From IMG/VR virus record IMGVR_UViG_2061766007_001136: DNA of 48,884 nt; one strand, given 5' to 3'. The position numbers were made by a program, and so were the translations under genes. Positions 1 through 9,329 of this stretch are shown one piece after another. Positions within the stretch are counted from its first letter, which is position 1. Each line of letters starts with the position of its first letter. This stretch comes from an uncultured virus (IMG/VR IMGVR_UViG_2061766007_001136) (taxonomy: Duplodnaviria > Heunggongvirae > Uroviricota > Caudoviricetes). The notes beneath the pieces are model-generated. The model worked only from the letters and a program-made list of their open reading frames with translations. It was not told where the DNA came from and searched no databases.

Positions 1-178
1 GTTTCTGCTGTTTTAATTGATTAATTAATTTATCTCTATCTTTAACCATTATTTCTAGTACTTGAATCCTTAACTGAGCTTTAGTTAACCTTTCAAATTG
101 CTTATTTAAAGCATTATAAGTTAACAAAGAAGTAATTAAAGAGCCTATAAGAATAGTAGAATAAATAAATTTTAACAT
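1..178 (-). CDS. partial hypothetical protein, N-terminal TM helix plus coiled coil (runs off window)
   Basis: Manual translation MLKFIYSTILIGSLITSLLTYNALNKQFERLTKAQLRIQVLEIMVKD...; GGAG RBS at 185-188 (minus). Confidence 0.5.
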   Translation of the reverse strand, partial: MLKFIYSTILIGSLITSLLTYNALNKQFERLTKAQLRIQVLEIMVKDRDKLINQLKQQK

Positions 179-205
179 AAAAACTCCCATTCTAGTAGTA
201 CTGTC

Positions 206-256
206 AAAAAATATGCTCATAGACAGTCTTTCGACTGCCTATGAGCATTTATTTTA
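206..256. terminator. bidirectional intrinsic terminator
   Basis: ATGCTCATAG-ACAGTC-TTTC-GACTG-C-CTATGAGCAT hairpin (213-248) flanked by an A-run and a T-rich run. Confidence 0.7.
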
Positions 257-266
257 ATTGTTTTAG

Positions 267-806
267 TTATTCGTCATAAGTTGTATTAGAATCAAGTCCT
301 GCCTTTAGGATTAAATCCTGTTGAGCAGTTTCGAGTGCCTTACGATACATATCTTCCCATCTCTCATGAGTAATATCGTTAAGGTCATCTTCGTCTAAGA
401 GGACACCTAAAGAGCTAGCTGTAGCTTGTAATAGTTCCCTGAAGTCCTCAGGAATCATTTGACGACCAGTATTGAGCTTTCCATTGCTATCCACATATGG
501 GAGATTGCCTCCCGTGGAATAATATAAGTCAATGTGTGCATTACTTAGATTTGTAATTTGTAACAACTGCTTCCGGAACTTTGGGTTCTGGAACATAAAT
601 CTAAGAATCCCAATTACACGTCCACTCTTATAGGAAAAGTCAGCATAAACTGGCTTCCCAACAATTTGCTCCATCTGTTCGCAAATTTCATCTAAACGCT
701 TGGAGTTAAGCTTTGCAATTTCCAACTTCTCGTTTATGCGATTTCCGAGAACTGCTTGCTTTTGAGCTGCTAACTTTTCGGTAAAGAGCTTCTGATAATC
801 AGTCAT
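267..806 (-). CDS. hypothetical early protein
   Basis: 179-aa ORF, ACAGGAG RBS upstream. Confidence 0.8.
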   Translation of the reverse strand: MTDYQKLFTEKLAAQKQAVLGNRINEKLEIAKLNSKRLDEICEQMEQIVGKPVYADFSYKSGRVIGILRFMFQNPKFRKQLLQITNLSNAHIDLYYSTGGNLPYVDSNGKLNTGRQMIPEDFRELLQATASSLGVLLDEDDLNDITHERWEDMYRKALETAQQDLILKAGLDSNTTYDE

Positions 807-831
807 GATAATTCTCCTGTGGGTTTAAAGG

Positions 832-1104
832 TTAGTCATAATCATCATAGTCGTCATCTTCCGCTTGAGGAAGAATGCTTCTAAGAGTGATTGGTGAGTA
901 CCAAAGGTAGATGCTTATAATGGCACTTCCTATTGTGCCTACCACTAAGGCACTAAAGGAACCGCCAAACACAATGCAAATAATGGCTAAAAGAATCATA
1001 TCTATGGTGGCATTGAACCACCTGTGATCCTTGTATTTCTTAAGAATCACAAGAAAGTTAAACGAGACGGCTATGCCAATTAAGGCTAAGGCGTATCCAT
1101 TCAT
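832..1104 (-). CDS. small multi-pass membrane protein
   Basis: 90 aa, three hydrophobic stretches, acidic tail, GGAGG RBS. Confidence 0.75.
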   Translation of the reverse strand: MNGYALALIGIAVSFNFLVILKKYKDHRWFNATIDMILLAIICIVFGGSFSALVVGTIGSAIISIYLWYSPITLRSILPQAEDDDYDDYD

Positions 1105-1194
1105 TTATTCTAGTCCTCCAAAAAAGGGGTTAAGGGGAGCTTGTTAGGCTCCCCTTTGGTTTCTATGCCAGACTTCGTGCGGACTTAGGGCAGT

Positions 1195-1452
1195 TTAGGA
1201 CTTCTTGTTAATCCTCCACTGTCCCTTGTGGTTCATCATCTGCCACACTTCGTGTGGCGTTCTGAAATCAGGACCGCATCTTTCGACAAGTTCCTCATAG
1301 GCGGNNNNNNNNNNNNNNNNNNNNNNNNNNNNNNNNNNNNNNNNNNTTTCCGTATCTAACACATCTGAAGCATGGCTTGTAACCTGTCTGATGGGCTTAC
1401 GGAAAATCATATAAACGATGAGGACGAGGATAATAAGGCTGATGAGTTCCAT
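1195..1452 (-). CDS. N-terminally anchored membrane protein (TM-FRKP type)
   Basis: MELISLIILVLIVYMIFRKP...; ACAGGAG RBS; contains a gap. Confidence 0.7.
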   Translation of the reverse strand: MELISLIILVLIVYMIFRKPIRQVTSHASDVLDTEXXXXXXXXXXXXXXXAYEELVERCGPDFRTPHEVWQMMNHKGQWRINKKS

Positions 1453-1488
1453 AATACTCTCCTGTTGAGTTTTTGGTTAAAGGTTAGG

Positions 1489-1725
1489 TTAAATCATGTA
1501 AAACATGAATGTGTCTATTAATATGTTTGCCAATGGGATTTCTCTATTCGGCAATAGGAAATAGTGATATTCCCATTTTTCATTATTATCAAAGTTCACA
1601 TANNNNNNNNNNNNNNNNNNNNNNNNNNNNNNNNTTTCTACCCATTGAATATCGTAGGGTGGAAATTCAGCTTTTCTAGAAATTTCATGAAGCACTTTTT
1701 CTAATCTCACATATTCTGGACTCAT
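1489..1725 (-). CDS. hypothetical early protein
   Basis: Likely start MSPEYVRLEK at 1725 with AAGGAGG RBS at 1732-1738; contains a gap. Confidence 0.6.
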   Translation of the reverse strand: MSPEYVRLEKVLHEISRKAEFPPYDIQWVEXXXXXXXXXXXYVNFDNNEKWEYHYFLLPNREIPLANILIDTFMFYMI

Positions 1726-2100
1726 TTTGATCCTCCTTNNNNNNNNNNNNNNNNNNNNNNNNNNNNNNNNNNNNNNNNNNNNNNNNNNNNNNNNNNNNNN
1801 NNNNNNNNNNNNNNNNNNNNNNNNNNNNNNNNNNNNNNNNNNNNNNNACAAAACAATAACTACCAACGAAACTATCCCATGATAAAGATTAAGTTCAGTA
1901 TGGTAACAATAGGTTTTGAATTATTATGATTAGTGAGATTTTTCTTGATTTTCTGAGAAAATTATGTTATATAATTANNNNNNNNNNNNNNNNNNNNNNN
2001 NNNNNNGGGCCTACGCTAGGGTCTAGTGGGGTTCGAGGGTCTAGGGTGCTTGGATAGGATAGACGTTCTAGTCGTCTTGGTTTTCATAGTAGGAACAGTT

Positions 2101-2149
2101 AAAAAATAAGGGCAGAGAAGCTAGCATATAGCTAACCTCTCTGCCCTTA
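2101..2149 (-). terminator. intrinsic terminator
   Basis: TAAGGGCAGAGA...TCTCTGCCCTTA stem with A6 run on its left (U-tract on the minus strand). Confidence 0.7.
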
Positions 2150-2154
2150 ATTGT

Positions 2155-2259
2155 TTACTTGTTACGAATACAAGAGATAAGTCCTATGACCATACCTATG
2201 ATCATAGGTGTGAAGAAAGGAGATACTAACAATAAACACTCTGCAATGCTAAAAGACAT
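2155..2259 (-). CDS. 34-aa hydrophobic membrane peptide (not in ORF track)
   Basis: MSFSIAECLLLVSPFFTPMIIGMVIGLISCIRNK*, AGGAG RBS at 2266-2270. Confidence 0.6.
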   Translation of the reverse strand: MSFSIAECLLLVSPFFTPMIIGMVIGLISCIRNK

Positions 2260-2273
2260 AGCAGTCTCCTCTG

Positions 2274-2759
2274 CTAAAGCGTGAAGACTTCAGCATTTGG
2301 ATCAGCTTGCGTAGCCTGCACAGTAAGTTGAGATTGAGGCTGAGGCTGAGTTTCGGGTTCAGTCTTTTGAGGTGCTAAGTCGTTTAGCACACTCATGAAC
2401 TGAGCCTTAAGCAAAGCCTTCCTTTGAATGTCGGTAAGAGGTCTGCCCTTCTCACCGACAGTGATGTCTGCCTTAGTAGCTTGGTAGCCACAGTAGAGAG
2501 AATGTACAGTGACACCCTTCTCTACTAGGTCCTTGTTCTCTTGAAGCACATTAAGCACTTCAAGGGTACTGCGAACAGAAGACGTAATTGCGGCTACTTC
2601 TACTTGGTCACGAAGTTGGCTGAGTCCACCATGGAGAATGTCAGCACCAATCTCCACAGTCTCAGCTACTTCGTTCGCAATAGACTTTGCTGGTTTACGA
2701 AACCAGCAAAAGACGACAATAGCAATGAAGGCGCAAATGGTGAAGAGCGAGATATACAT
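2274..2759 (-). CDS. N-terminally anchored membrane protein (TM-FRKP type)
   Basis: MYISLFTICAFIAIVVFCWFRKP...; ACAGGAG RBS. Confidence 0.75.
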   Translation of the reverse strand: MYISLFTICAFIAIVVFCWFRKPAKSIANEVAETVEIGADILHGGLSQLRDQVEVAAITSSVRSTLEVLNVLQENKDLVEKGVTVHSLYCGYQATKADITVGEKGRPLTDIQRKALLKAQFMSVLNDLAPQKTEPETQPQPQSQLTVQATQADPNAEVFTL

Positions 2760-2782
2760 TTTAGTCTCCTGTATTGCTACAG

Positions 2783-3169
2783 TTACTTGCTAAGAGCTTC
2801 AATCATCTGATCAAGCTCATCTTCAGGCATCTGGACGCCTCTGAAGACGTTGTGGATGAACGCCTTCATCAGCTTCGTCCTCTTGTCCATGCGCTTGTCA
2901 TACTTGATAGAATCAGGGTTCTTAGGCTTGATGTTGTCACCCTTGCCTATGTGTGTCTCCTGTGCCTTACGGTCGTATTCCTTTTCGGCAACAGCCGATT
3001 CAACCAGTAAGCGTTGAGCTATGCGTTCCGTTACGAAGAGTGAGTGTCCATCAGGGCACACGATGGTGTAACCGACATTGTTGCTGTTGGTGGTCATGGT
3101 CATTTCCTCCTGAGGCTGAGTGTTAGTGGAAGTGGAGACAGTGGAAGAAGACTTACGAGAAGTAGACAT
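2783..3169 (-). CDS. hypothetical early protein
   Basis: 128-aa ORF with CAGGAGG RBS; a second in-frame start (MTMTTN) has its own GGAGG. Confidence 0.75.
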   Translation of the reverse strand: MSTSRKSSSTVSTSTNTQPQEEMTMTTNSNNVGYTIVCPDGHSLFVTERIAQRLLVESAVAEKEYDRKAQETHIGKGDNIKPKNPDSIKYDKRMDKRTKLMKAFIHNVFRGVQMPEDELDQMIEALSK

Positions 3170-3221
3170 AATACCCTCCTGTTGGGTAAATCCGTTAGAG
3201 CGTTATGCAGAATCCAAGTTG

Positions 3222-3274
3222 CCCTAGCCGTTAGACCCTAGGAATAATGACTGCTCCTAGGGTCGATGGTTAGG
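3222..3274. other. intergenic hairpin (terminator or processing site)
   Basis: GACCCTAGGA...TCCTAGGGTC stem with an imperfect outer stem. Confidence 0.45.
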
Positions 3275-3277
3275 CGA

Positions 3278-3844
3278 CTATTCGTAGTAAGTGTTGTGCA
3301 ACTTTGCTATTTCCTCAAGCAAAGCCACAAGACGTTCTCCCTTGTAACAGTACAAGGGAACCATAAGCTCCTTACCTTGATTAATTAAGTGAACTTCACC
3401 TATTTCCAGCTTCTGGCTAGGAGTAAACTTGACTGTCACACGGTCATGGCAATCTCTGATTATTTCAACAAGATCTCTTATAAGTTCATCAGGGTAATTT
3501 TCTAATGGAAGTTCTTGACGCAAAATCACTTCCTCGAAGAAATATTCTTCAAATTCGTAGACTAGGGTGTACACCTTATACTCGTGAGCTTCTCCAAAGT
3601 TCCAATCTTCCACAATAAATGTGTCAGATTCATACTCATCCCAGTTGTGATTGTACGAGCCATCTTCGTTATCTTGACGATACAAACGAATCATCTTTTC
3701 TCCGTTATTAGCAGTGATTACATATTCTCCATTCTCTTCTGAAATATTAGGCTTCATGTAAGGATAGATCTGCTGCAATGCCTTAGCCGCACAGATAGCG
3801 AGAACGGGAAGAGAGGAGCTGTTGAGACGAGACTGCATAGTCAT
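3278..3844 (-). CDS. first early gene, hypothetical acidic protein
   Basis: Likely start MTMQSRL at 3844 with ACAGGAGGT RBS at 3850-3858. Confidence 0.75.
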   Translation of the reverse strand: MTMQSRLNSSSLPVLAICAAKALQQIYPYMKPNISEENGEYVITANNGEKMIRLYRQDNEDGSYNHNWDEYESDTFIVEDWNFGEAHEYKVYTLVYEFEEYFFEEVILRQELPLENYPDELIRDLVEIIRDCHDRVTVKFTPSQKLEIGEVHLINQGKELMVPLYCYKGERLVALLEEIAKLHNTYYE

Positions 3845-4114
3845 GACGTACCTCCTGTGGTACAGAGGGCTAGAGCGTGAGACAGGGACAAGAGCCAACA
3901 GACACAGCACAGCCTAGACATGGCACAGCGTAGAGCCGTGCAGTGCATGCACAGTCCAGTATGCAGACTAGGCACCCCTTAGGGTCGCTTCTAGCGGTCC
4001 ATTCGGGGGGTGGTTTCAACTCTAGGGCCGAAACCGTGCTTGCAACACCTATAAAAAATATCGAGTATTCCCTACGGATTTTTTCTGGAATAAATTCAGT
4101 ACCTTGAAAGGACA

Positions 4115-4235
4115 TACCCTCAGATGCTTCGAGGATGGCTTCTGACGCATTCGAGGAGTACCATGATAAATCATAAGGGGAGACCCCTAGAAGCGTCTCA
4201 GAATCGATCCTGGAGGCATTTCAGGGCATGTGAGG
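4115..4235. repeat. dispersed periodic element 1 (strong-gyrase-site-like)
   Basis: Core ATGATAAATCATAAGGGG at 4163-4180, identical to 48271-48288; TCAG/TCGA/CTAG-type tetramers recur every 10-11 bp on both arms. Confidence 0.6.
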
Positions 4236-4300
4236 GGGAATGGAGAGGAGGAGATTGACTGAGGGGAAGGGAGGGGGATAGAGGAGGGAGTCTATGGAGG

Positions 4301-4543
4301 ATGAAAGGAATGAAAGAGGCAGAGTTGGTAGTAGACTATGTAGATAGTCTAGTAGATGTGTTTGAAGATGTAGGTATAAGTAATAGTCTAAGGTATGAAG
4401 ACGTGTATAGAATACAGCATGCGATTTTGAAGAGGCTTAGATGGATAAGAAAGCTTACAGGATCGGATGCAGTACAAGATGAAATTGATGAATTGGATAT
4501 GGCAGATCCTTATGATAGGAAATATCTTAGGATAGATGAATAA
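4301..4543 (+). CDS. hypothetical protein
   Basis: 80-aa ORF with G-rich RBS. Confidence 0.6.
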   Translation: MKGMKEAELVVDYVDSLVDVFEDVGISNSLRYEDVYRIQHAILKRLRWIRKLTGSDAVQDEIDELDMADPYDRKYLRIDE

Positions 4544-4639
4544 AATGAAAAGGCTCCCTAGGTAAAGGAGCAGAAACCCTAGAGAGCCTTGGCTAGCCAC
4601 GTTAGCTAGCCGAAGGAATAGAAAGGCAAAGGAGAGCAA

Positions 4640-5332
4640 ATGTCAAGACTGGAATTGGAGACTGTCAGGAAGCTGGTTCCTAAGAACCACAGAAGCATCA
4701 TTACTCAGGATTTTCTGGACAGAGTGGAAGGTGCAGTGGCTGATCCTGCTATGGCAGAGCAGTTTAAAGAGAATTTCATTAGCTACTTGGATGTCTTGAA
4801 GACAGGCAAGTACAAGATGGAAGACTATATCTCTGCTGTTAAGTATGTATCTTTTAAACTGCTGGGGTATACGAATAAGGATGCCTATGCAGCTACGTTT
4901 CCTGAGAGGTATGCTAGGCTTAAGAAGAGTGGTCAGGCTATAGATGCCTTTGTTGGAGCGTATAACAAGGGAAAATTAGTCAACCAGATCTATGAACAAA
5001 CATTGGTGCCTACTTGGGTGCTTAATGCTCCTCTTCATCAGGAGGCTTTAACTGAACTGGCTAGAATGATAAGAGATCCTTCTGTGAGAGGGATGTCTAA
5101 AGTCAAAGCCTGTGAAGCTATTCTTAACTATACTAAGCCACCTGAAGTGCAGAAAGCAGAGTTGAAGATAGGCGTAGACCAGCAGGATACCATTTCTGAA
5201 CTTAGGGAAGTTACTGAACAGCTAGCTTCAGCACTTCAGCAGTCTGTGAAGAATGGAGAATCACTGGTTAAAATAACTAACCAGAAGATCATAGATGTTA
5301 AGGCTGAACCTACGGAGGTAGAAAATGGATAA
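4640..5332 (+). CDS. N4 gp69-like conserved protein upstream of terminase (possible small terminase role)
   Basis: F-x-ENFISY...GKYK...Y...VKYVS.KL.G..N..AY...FP.RY pattern typical of the N4-like terminase-adjacent gene; synteny. Confidence 0.7.
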   Translation: MSRLELETVRKLVPKNHRSIITQDFLDRVEGAVADPAMAEQFKENFISYLDVLKTGKYKMEDYISAVKYVSFKLLGYTNKDAYAATFPERYARLKKSGQAIDAFVGAYNKGKLVNQIYEQTLVPTWVLNAPLHQEALTELARMIRDPSVRGMSKVKACEAILNYTKPPEVQKAELKIGVDQQDTISELREVTEQLASALQQSVKNGESLVKITNQKIIDVKAEPTEVENG

Positions 5333-5426
5333 TGGAGTATATTGCCTCTGCTACTTTTGTTTATTAGTGGTTGTAGGATTAGTTTTAAAAGTAGCTATAG
5401 ACGAATTTTGTAAATTTAAGAATTAG
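5325..5426 (+). CDS. 33-aa Cys-containing membrane peptide (not in ORF track)
   Basis: MDNGVYCLCYFCLLVVVGLVLKVAIDEFCKFKN*, GGAGG RBS; fills the space before terL. Confidence 0.5.
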   Translation: MDNGVYCLCYFCLLVVVGLVLKVAIDEFCKFKN

Positions 5427-5428
5427 CC

Positions 5429-7030
5429 ATGAATGATGAAAGTAATCTTAATTTAGAGCAGATAGTTAATCAGATACATTACTCTAGGTTTGACCAAGGA
5501 TATGTACCTAGCAAATTTGCTCTAAAGTTTATTAGCTTCATAAAACTAGTTAATGGTGATATAGGAGAGGAGAATAAATCTCCTCTCTTTCATTATGAGA
5601 TACTAGATACCATCTATGAGAATAATAACGTACTTATCGTTAGTTTTCGTGGTTCTGCAAAGACAACTCTTACTGCTGAGTACATGTTCCTATACATTGC
5701 TACATTTGGTGAGCTAGAAGGATTCGGTAAAGTTAATGTAGCTATGTATGTAGGCGACACTATGGAGAACGGATGCAAGAACCTCAGAGCTAATATCGAG
5801 CATAGATATAGGAACTCTGAGTTCTTGCAGAAATTCATACCTATCACTAGATTTACAGATGCTGAGATGGAATTCACGAATGCTGATGGACACCAGTTCT
5901 GTGTTAAGCTCTTTGGTGCGAACACAGGTGTTCGTGGTTTTAAGAAGTATGGTATCAGACCTCAGCTAGCTGTACTGGATGACTTGATGTCTGATAAGTC
6001 AGCAGAGTCTAAGACGATTACGAAAGACATTGAAAATGTCATATACAAGGCTGTTAGACAGGCTATGCATCCTACCAAGAGGAAGGTTGTGTGGATAGGA
6101 ACCCCATTCAACAAGTCTGATCCTCTATACAAGGCTGCAGGAACCATTGCATGGACTACTAGAGCCTATCCTATAGCTGAGAAATTTCCATGCGAGAAAA
6201 AGGATTTCAGAGGAGCATGGGAAGATAGATTCTCCTATGACACTGTTAGGTCTGAATACAAGATGTTAAAGGCTAATGGTAGGATAGATGCCTTTAACCA
6301 AGAATTAATGCTTAGGATTCTTAGTGATGAAGATAGGCTAGTCTTAGATGAAGATATTATCTGGTACAATAAAGCTAAGTTTATGCCTAGCCTAGATGAC
6401 TGCAATGTCTACATCACTACAGACTTTGCTACTTCAGAGAAGGAATCTGCTGACTTCTCTGTAATATCGGTATGGGCATTAGACTATAAAGGAGTGTTTC
6501 ACTGGATTGATGGGATTGTTAAAAGACAGGATATGGCTAAGAATGTAGATGACATATTTAGATTTGTTAAAATATACAAACCTTTGATAACTGGTGTAGA
6601 AATTAGTGGTCAGCAGAAAGGTTTTGTTAGTTGGCTAAAGAGAGAAATGGCTATCAGGAATATATTCTTTACCTTAGCTAGCGATAAGGCTAGCGGAGAA
6701 GAAGGATTAAGACCTACAACTAGCAAGCTAGTAAGATTTAATGCTGCATTGCCTTTGTTTAAGGCTAGAAGAATAGCTTTTCCGGAGGAATTAAGAGAAT
6801 CTGCTACACTGTTAGAATTTATAGATGAATTAACTAGCGTTACAGTAGCAGGTTTTAAGTCTATGCATGATGACTGTGCTGATACAGTTAGTCAATTACC
6901 GTTAATAGAATACTTTAGTCCTCATGACCCTAAAAATGTAGTCACAAAGTCTAAGTCGATTGACTATGGAATTTTCAGCAGATACTTTGAGGAACCAGAG
7001 GAGCAGTATGTAGATTCACATATAGTGTAG
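5429..7030 (+). CDS. terL: terminase large subunit, N4-like
   Basis: Walker A-like SFRGSAKTT, Walker B LAVLDD, coupling motif IGTP, RNase H-type nuclease TTDFA...DFSVISVW...HDDCAD. Confidence 0.95.
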   Translation: MNDESNLNLEQIVNQIHYSRFDQGYVPSKFALKFISFIKLVNGDIGEENKSPLFHYEILDTIYENNNVLIVSFRGSAKTTLTAEYMFLYIATFGELEGFGKVNVAMYVGDTMENGCKNLRANIEHRYRNSEFLQKFIPITRFTDAEMEFTNADGHQFCVKLFGANTGVRGFKKYGIRPQLAVLDDLMSDKSAESKTITKDIENVIYKAVRQAMHPTKRKVVWIGTPFNKSDPLYKAAGTIAWTTRAYPIAEKFPCEKKDFRGAWEDRFSYDTVRSEYKMLKANGRIDAFNQELMLRILSDEDRLVLDEDIIWYNKAKFMPSLDDCNVYITTDFATSEKESADFSVISVWALDYKGVFHWIDGIVKRQDMAKNVDDIFRFVKIYKPLITGVEISGQQKGFVSWLKREMAIRNIFFTLASDKASGEEGLRPTTSKLVRFNAALPLFKARRIAFPEELRESATLLEFIDELTSVTVAGFKSMHDDCADTVSQLPLIEYFSPHDPKNVVTKSKSIDYGIFSRYFEEPEEQYVDSHIV

Positions 7031-7040
7031 GAGTTATAAT

Positions 7041-7319
7041 ATGATACATGCAGGTATAACTTTAGTATTCTGCATTGCTTTACTGGTTTCAGGGTTTAGT
7101 AGTTACTTAGTGTGTATACCTATCTTTTTCTATATAGGTAGAGAATATACACAGGCAGAGTATCGCTACATAGAAGCTCATGGAAAGAAAAGATCTGAAT
7201 GTCCTTGGTGGTGTGGATTAACTAAAGAATCTTGGACAGTGAAAGGAGTTATGGATTGGTTTCTTCCTGCTATTGTAGCTATTACTACAGTAGTAATTTT
7301 TAATTTTGTAAAGGGCTAA
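7041..7319 (+). CDS. small membrane protein
   Basis: Hydrophobic ends with a GREYTQAEYR core. Confidence 0.65.
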   Translation: MIHAGITLVFCIALLVSGFSSYLVCIPIFFYIGREYTQAEYRYIEAHGKKRSECPWWCGLTKESWTVKGVMDWFLPAIVAITTVVIFNFVKG

Positions 7320-7329
7320 AGAGGTAGCT

Positions 7330-7950
7330 ATGCTTAGGTACACTTATGATCCACCTTACAATCAATGGTATGGCATAAAGAATAAGAATCTTCTTAGATT
7401 TAAAATTACCTATGGTGGTACTGTTGCTACAGCTAATGATCTTCCACCTAGAGGATTTATGCCTGGAGTTATGTTTAATATTCAGGAAGATGGATCTAAC
7501 TATATGTGGAATGGTGTTAGCTGGGATAAAATGGATTCTAATGTATTTGTAGGATCTACTAGTACAGCTAATGGTATTCAAGGATTAGTTCCACAACCTT
7601 TAATAGATGATAGAGGTAAGTATCTTTCTGGTAGTGGAGGATGGAAATACTTAGATGCTTCTGACGTAAAGACAGGTGTCTTTGATTTGGCAAGACTTCC
7701 TGCAACAGCTACAGAAAGACTTATACAGGTAGCAGATGAAAATGCTAGATTTGCTCTTACTGATAATGATGTAAATGTAGGTGATACTGTTTTACAGCAA
7801 GATACTCAAACTTTATATAGGGTTGTAGATACTACAGAATTAGATAATGAAGATGGGTATGTTGTTTATCAAGCTAGTACCATGTGGGAAAATATTATTA
7901 ATAGACCAGAAATTATCACTACTCTGCAAATAGATGCTATTTGTGTTTAA
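7330..7950 (+). CDS. fibre/virion accessory protein
   Basis: GLVPQP...YLSGSGGW fibre motif, G.FDLARLP...ARFALT..DV..GDTV module, C-terminal ITTLQIDAI. Confidence 0.7.
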   Translation: MLRYTYDPPYNQWYGIKNKNLLRFKITYGGTVATANDLPPRGFMPGVMFNIQEDGSNYMWNGVSWDKMDSNVFVGSTSTANGIQGLVPQPLIDDRGKYLSGSGGWKYLDASDVKTGVFDLARLPATATERLIQVADENARFALTDNDVNVGDTVLQQDTQTLYRVVDTTELDNEDGYVVYQASTMWENIINRPEIITTLQIDAICV

Positions 7951-7961
7951 GGATTTCTATT

Positions 7962-8525
7962 ATGTCTAAATTTAAAGTGTGTATAGATCCTGGACATACC
8001 CAAGGCATAGGTACTAGAGGAGATCCAGGAGCTGTTAATGGCAGTTTATGGGAATCTGTAGCTGCATTGGATATTGCTCTTAGTATGGGTGAGATGTTTA
8101 AAGGTGCAGGATGTGATGTAGTCTTTACTAGAACTAAAGGTGATCCTTCACTTACTTTAAAGAAGAGATGTGAGATAGCTAATAAAGCTAATGCTGATGC
8201 TTTTATTAGTATTCATCTTAACTCAGCTAGCAATAAGTCTGCTACAGGTATAGAAACTCTTAGATACGGATCTGTTTCTGAAAAAACTCGTAGATTAGCT
8301 GATATTGTACAGCAAAGACTTGTAGATGCTACAGGTTTTAGGGATAGGGGAATTAAGATCAGGAACAATTTGTATGTTTTGAAGCATACAAAGATGCCTG
8401 CTATTCTTGCTGAAGTAGGATTTATTAGCAATGATGAGCAGGCTAGGGATCTATTCTCTGATGACTGTCAGTTCTACATTGCTCAAGCTATCTTTTTAGG
8501 TACTTTGGAAGCCTTTAGGAGGTAG
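7962..8525 (+). CDS. N-acetylmuramoyl-L-alanine amidase (Amidase_3), probable endolysin
   Basis: IDPGH, E, FISIHLN and PAILAEVGFISN Zn-amidase motifs. Confidence 0.92.
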   Translation: MSKFKVCIDPGHTQGIGTRGDPGAVNGSLWESVAALDIALSMGEMFKGAGCDVVFTRTKGDPSLTLKKRCEIANKANADAFISIHLNSASNKSATGIETLRYGSVSEKTRRLADIVQQRLVDATGFRDRGIKIRNNLYVLKHTKMPAILAEVGFISNDEQARDLFSDDCQFYIAQAIFLGTLEAFRR

Positions 8526-8526
8526 C

Positions 8527-8952
8527 ATGAAGACTCCACAATGCAATCTGGAGCTTTATCAAGGCAATGATGACATCTTTGTTCTAAGGATTGAAGAAGT
8601 GGACAATGAGGGGAATCGAACTCCTGCAGATCTGTCCTGCTACTGGTTCATTCTTAGGGTGAGGGAGAATCCTCTGAAGCCTGTCTTGATGGAGCTTACT
8701 CCAGACAATAAGTGTATAAGAGTAGGTGTCATAGATGAGGAAGGTAATTTTAGAGATGCAAAGTTTAAAGAGAAACCTTATGCTTTGCAGTTGCATTTTC
8801 CTCATGCTGATACTGAAAAGCTTTATGCGCCTAAGTATGAATATGATTTGTTTGGTGTAAAACCTGATGGTGTTAGAGAAGTACTCCTACGAGGAGAAAT
8901 AAAAGTAGTTAGGAGTATCACTTATGGAAAAGATTGTACACAATGCCATTAG
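8527..8952 (+). CDS. virion protein with BppU-like beta-sandwich (fibre attachment)
   Basis: LYQG...DLS....LRVR...YEYDL...LLRGEIKV pattern. Confidence 0.55.
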   Translation: MKTPQCNLELYQGNDDIFVLRIEEVDNEGNRTPADLSCYWFILRVRENPLKPVLMELTPDNKCIRVGVIDEEGNFRDAKFKEKPYALQLHFPHADTEKLYAPKYEYDLFGVKPDGVREVLLRGEIKVVRSITYGKDCTQCH

Positions 8953-9328
8953 TATTTCTAAACCTAAACCTACAGAGATTAATGTTTCTAAACCTACTCC
9001 TAACTTAGTTACAGAAGCTATAGTAATAGAAAAGCCTAGGCATATAGAAGTTACTGTAGCTAAAGGTTCTGTAGGTGTTAACGGTAGAAATGGTGTAGAT
9101 GGAAGAAATGGAGCAGATGGGATAAATGGAAGGGATGGAAGAGATGGTTTAGATGGTATGGATGGAAGAAACGGTAAGGATGGAGGTATATNNNNNNNNN
9201 NNNNNNNNNNNNNNNNNNNNNNNNNNNTGGAAGAAAAAGTTACTACTTACCCTTCTCCAATTAGTATATTTAATAATGTAGATAGAATAACTAATGCTGA
9301 TATTTATAGCATAGTTAATGGAGAGTAG
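8924..9328 (+). CDS. collagen-like (Gly-X-Y) fibre protein
   Basis: GVNGRNGVDGRNGADGINGRDGRDGLDGMDGRNGKDG run; C-terminal ITNADI. Confidence 0.8.
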   Translation: MEKIVHNAISISKPKPTEINVSKPTPNLVTEAIVIEKPRHIEVTVAKGSVGVNGRNGVDGRNGADGINGRDGRDGLDGMDGRNGKDGGIXXXXXXXXXXXXXEEKVTTYPSPISIFNNVDRITNADIYSIVNGE

Positions 9329-9329
9329 C

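Noticed and set aside
2541..4639. Antisense and overlapping ORFs in the track (e.g. 2541-2810, 2774-3010, 3044-3241, 3870-4115, 4388-4639)
   Set aside because: They are shadows of better-supported genes or span regulatory DNA and lack an RBS; the same applies to minus-strand ORFs across the late module.
8660..8760. Possible additional periodic gyrase-like element (also 2008-2075 and the GATGAATCTACC core match at 23153)
   Set aside because: Only one arm or only the core is evident; too weak to call without a profile scan.
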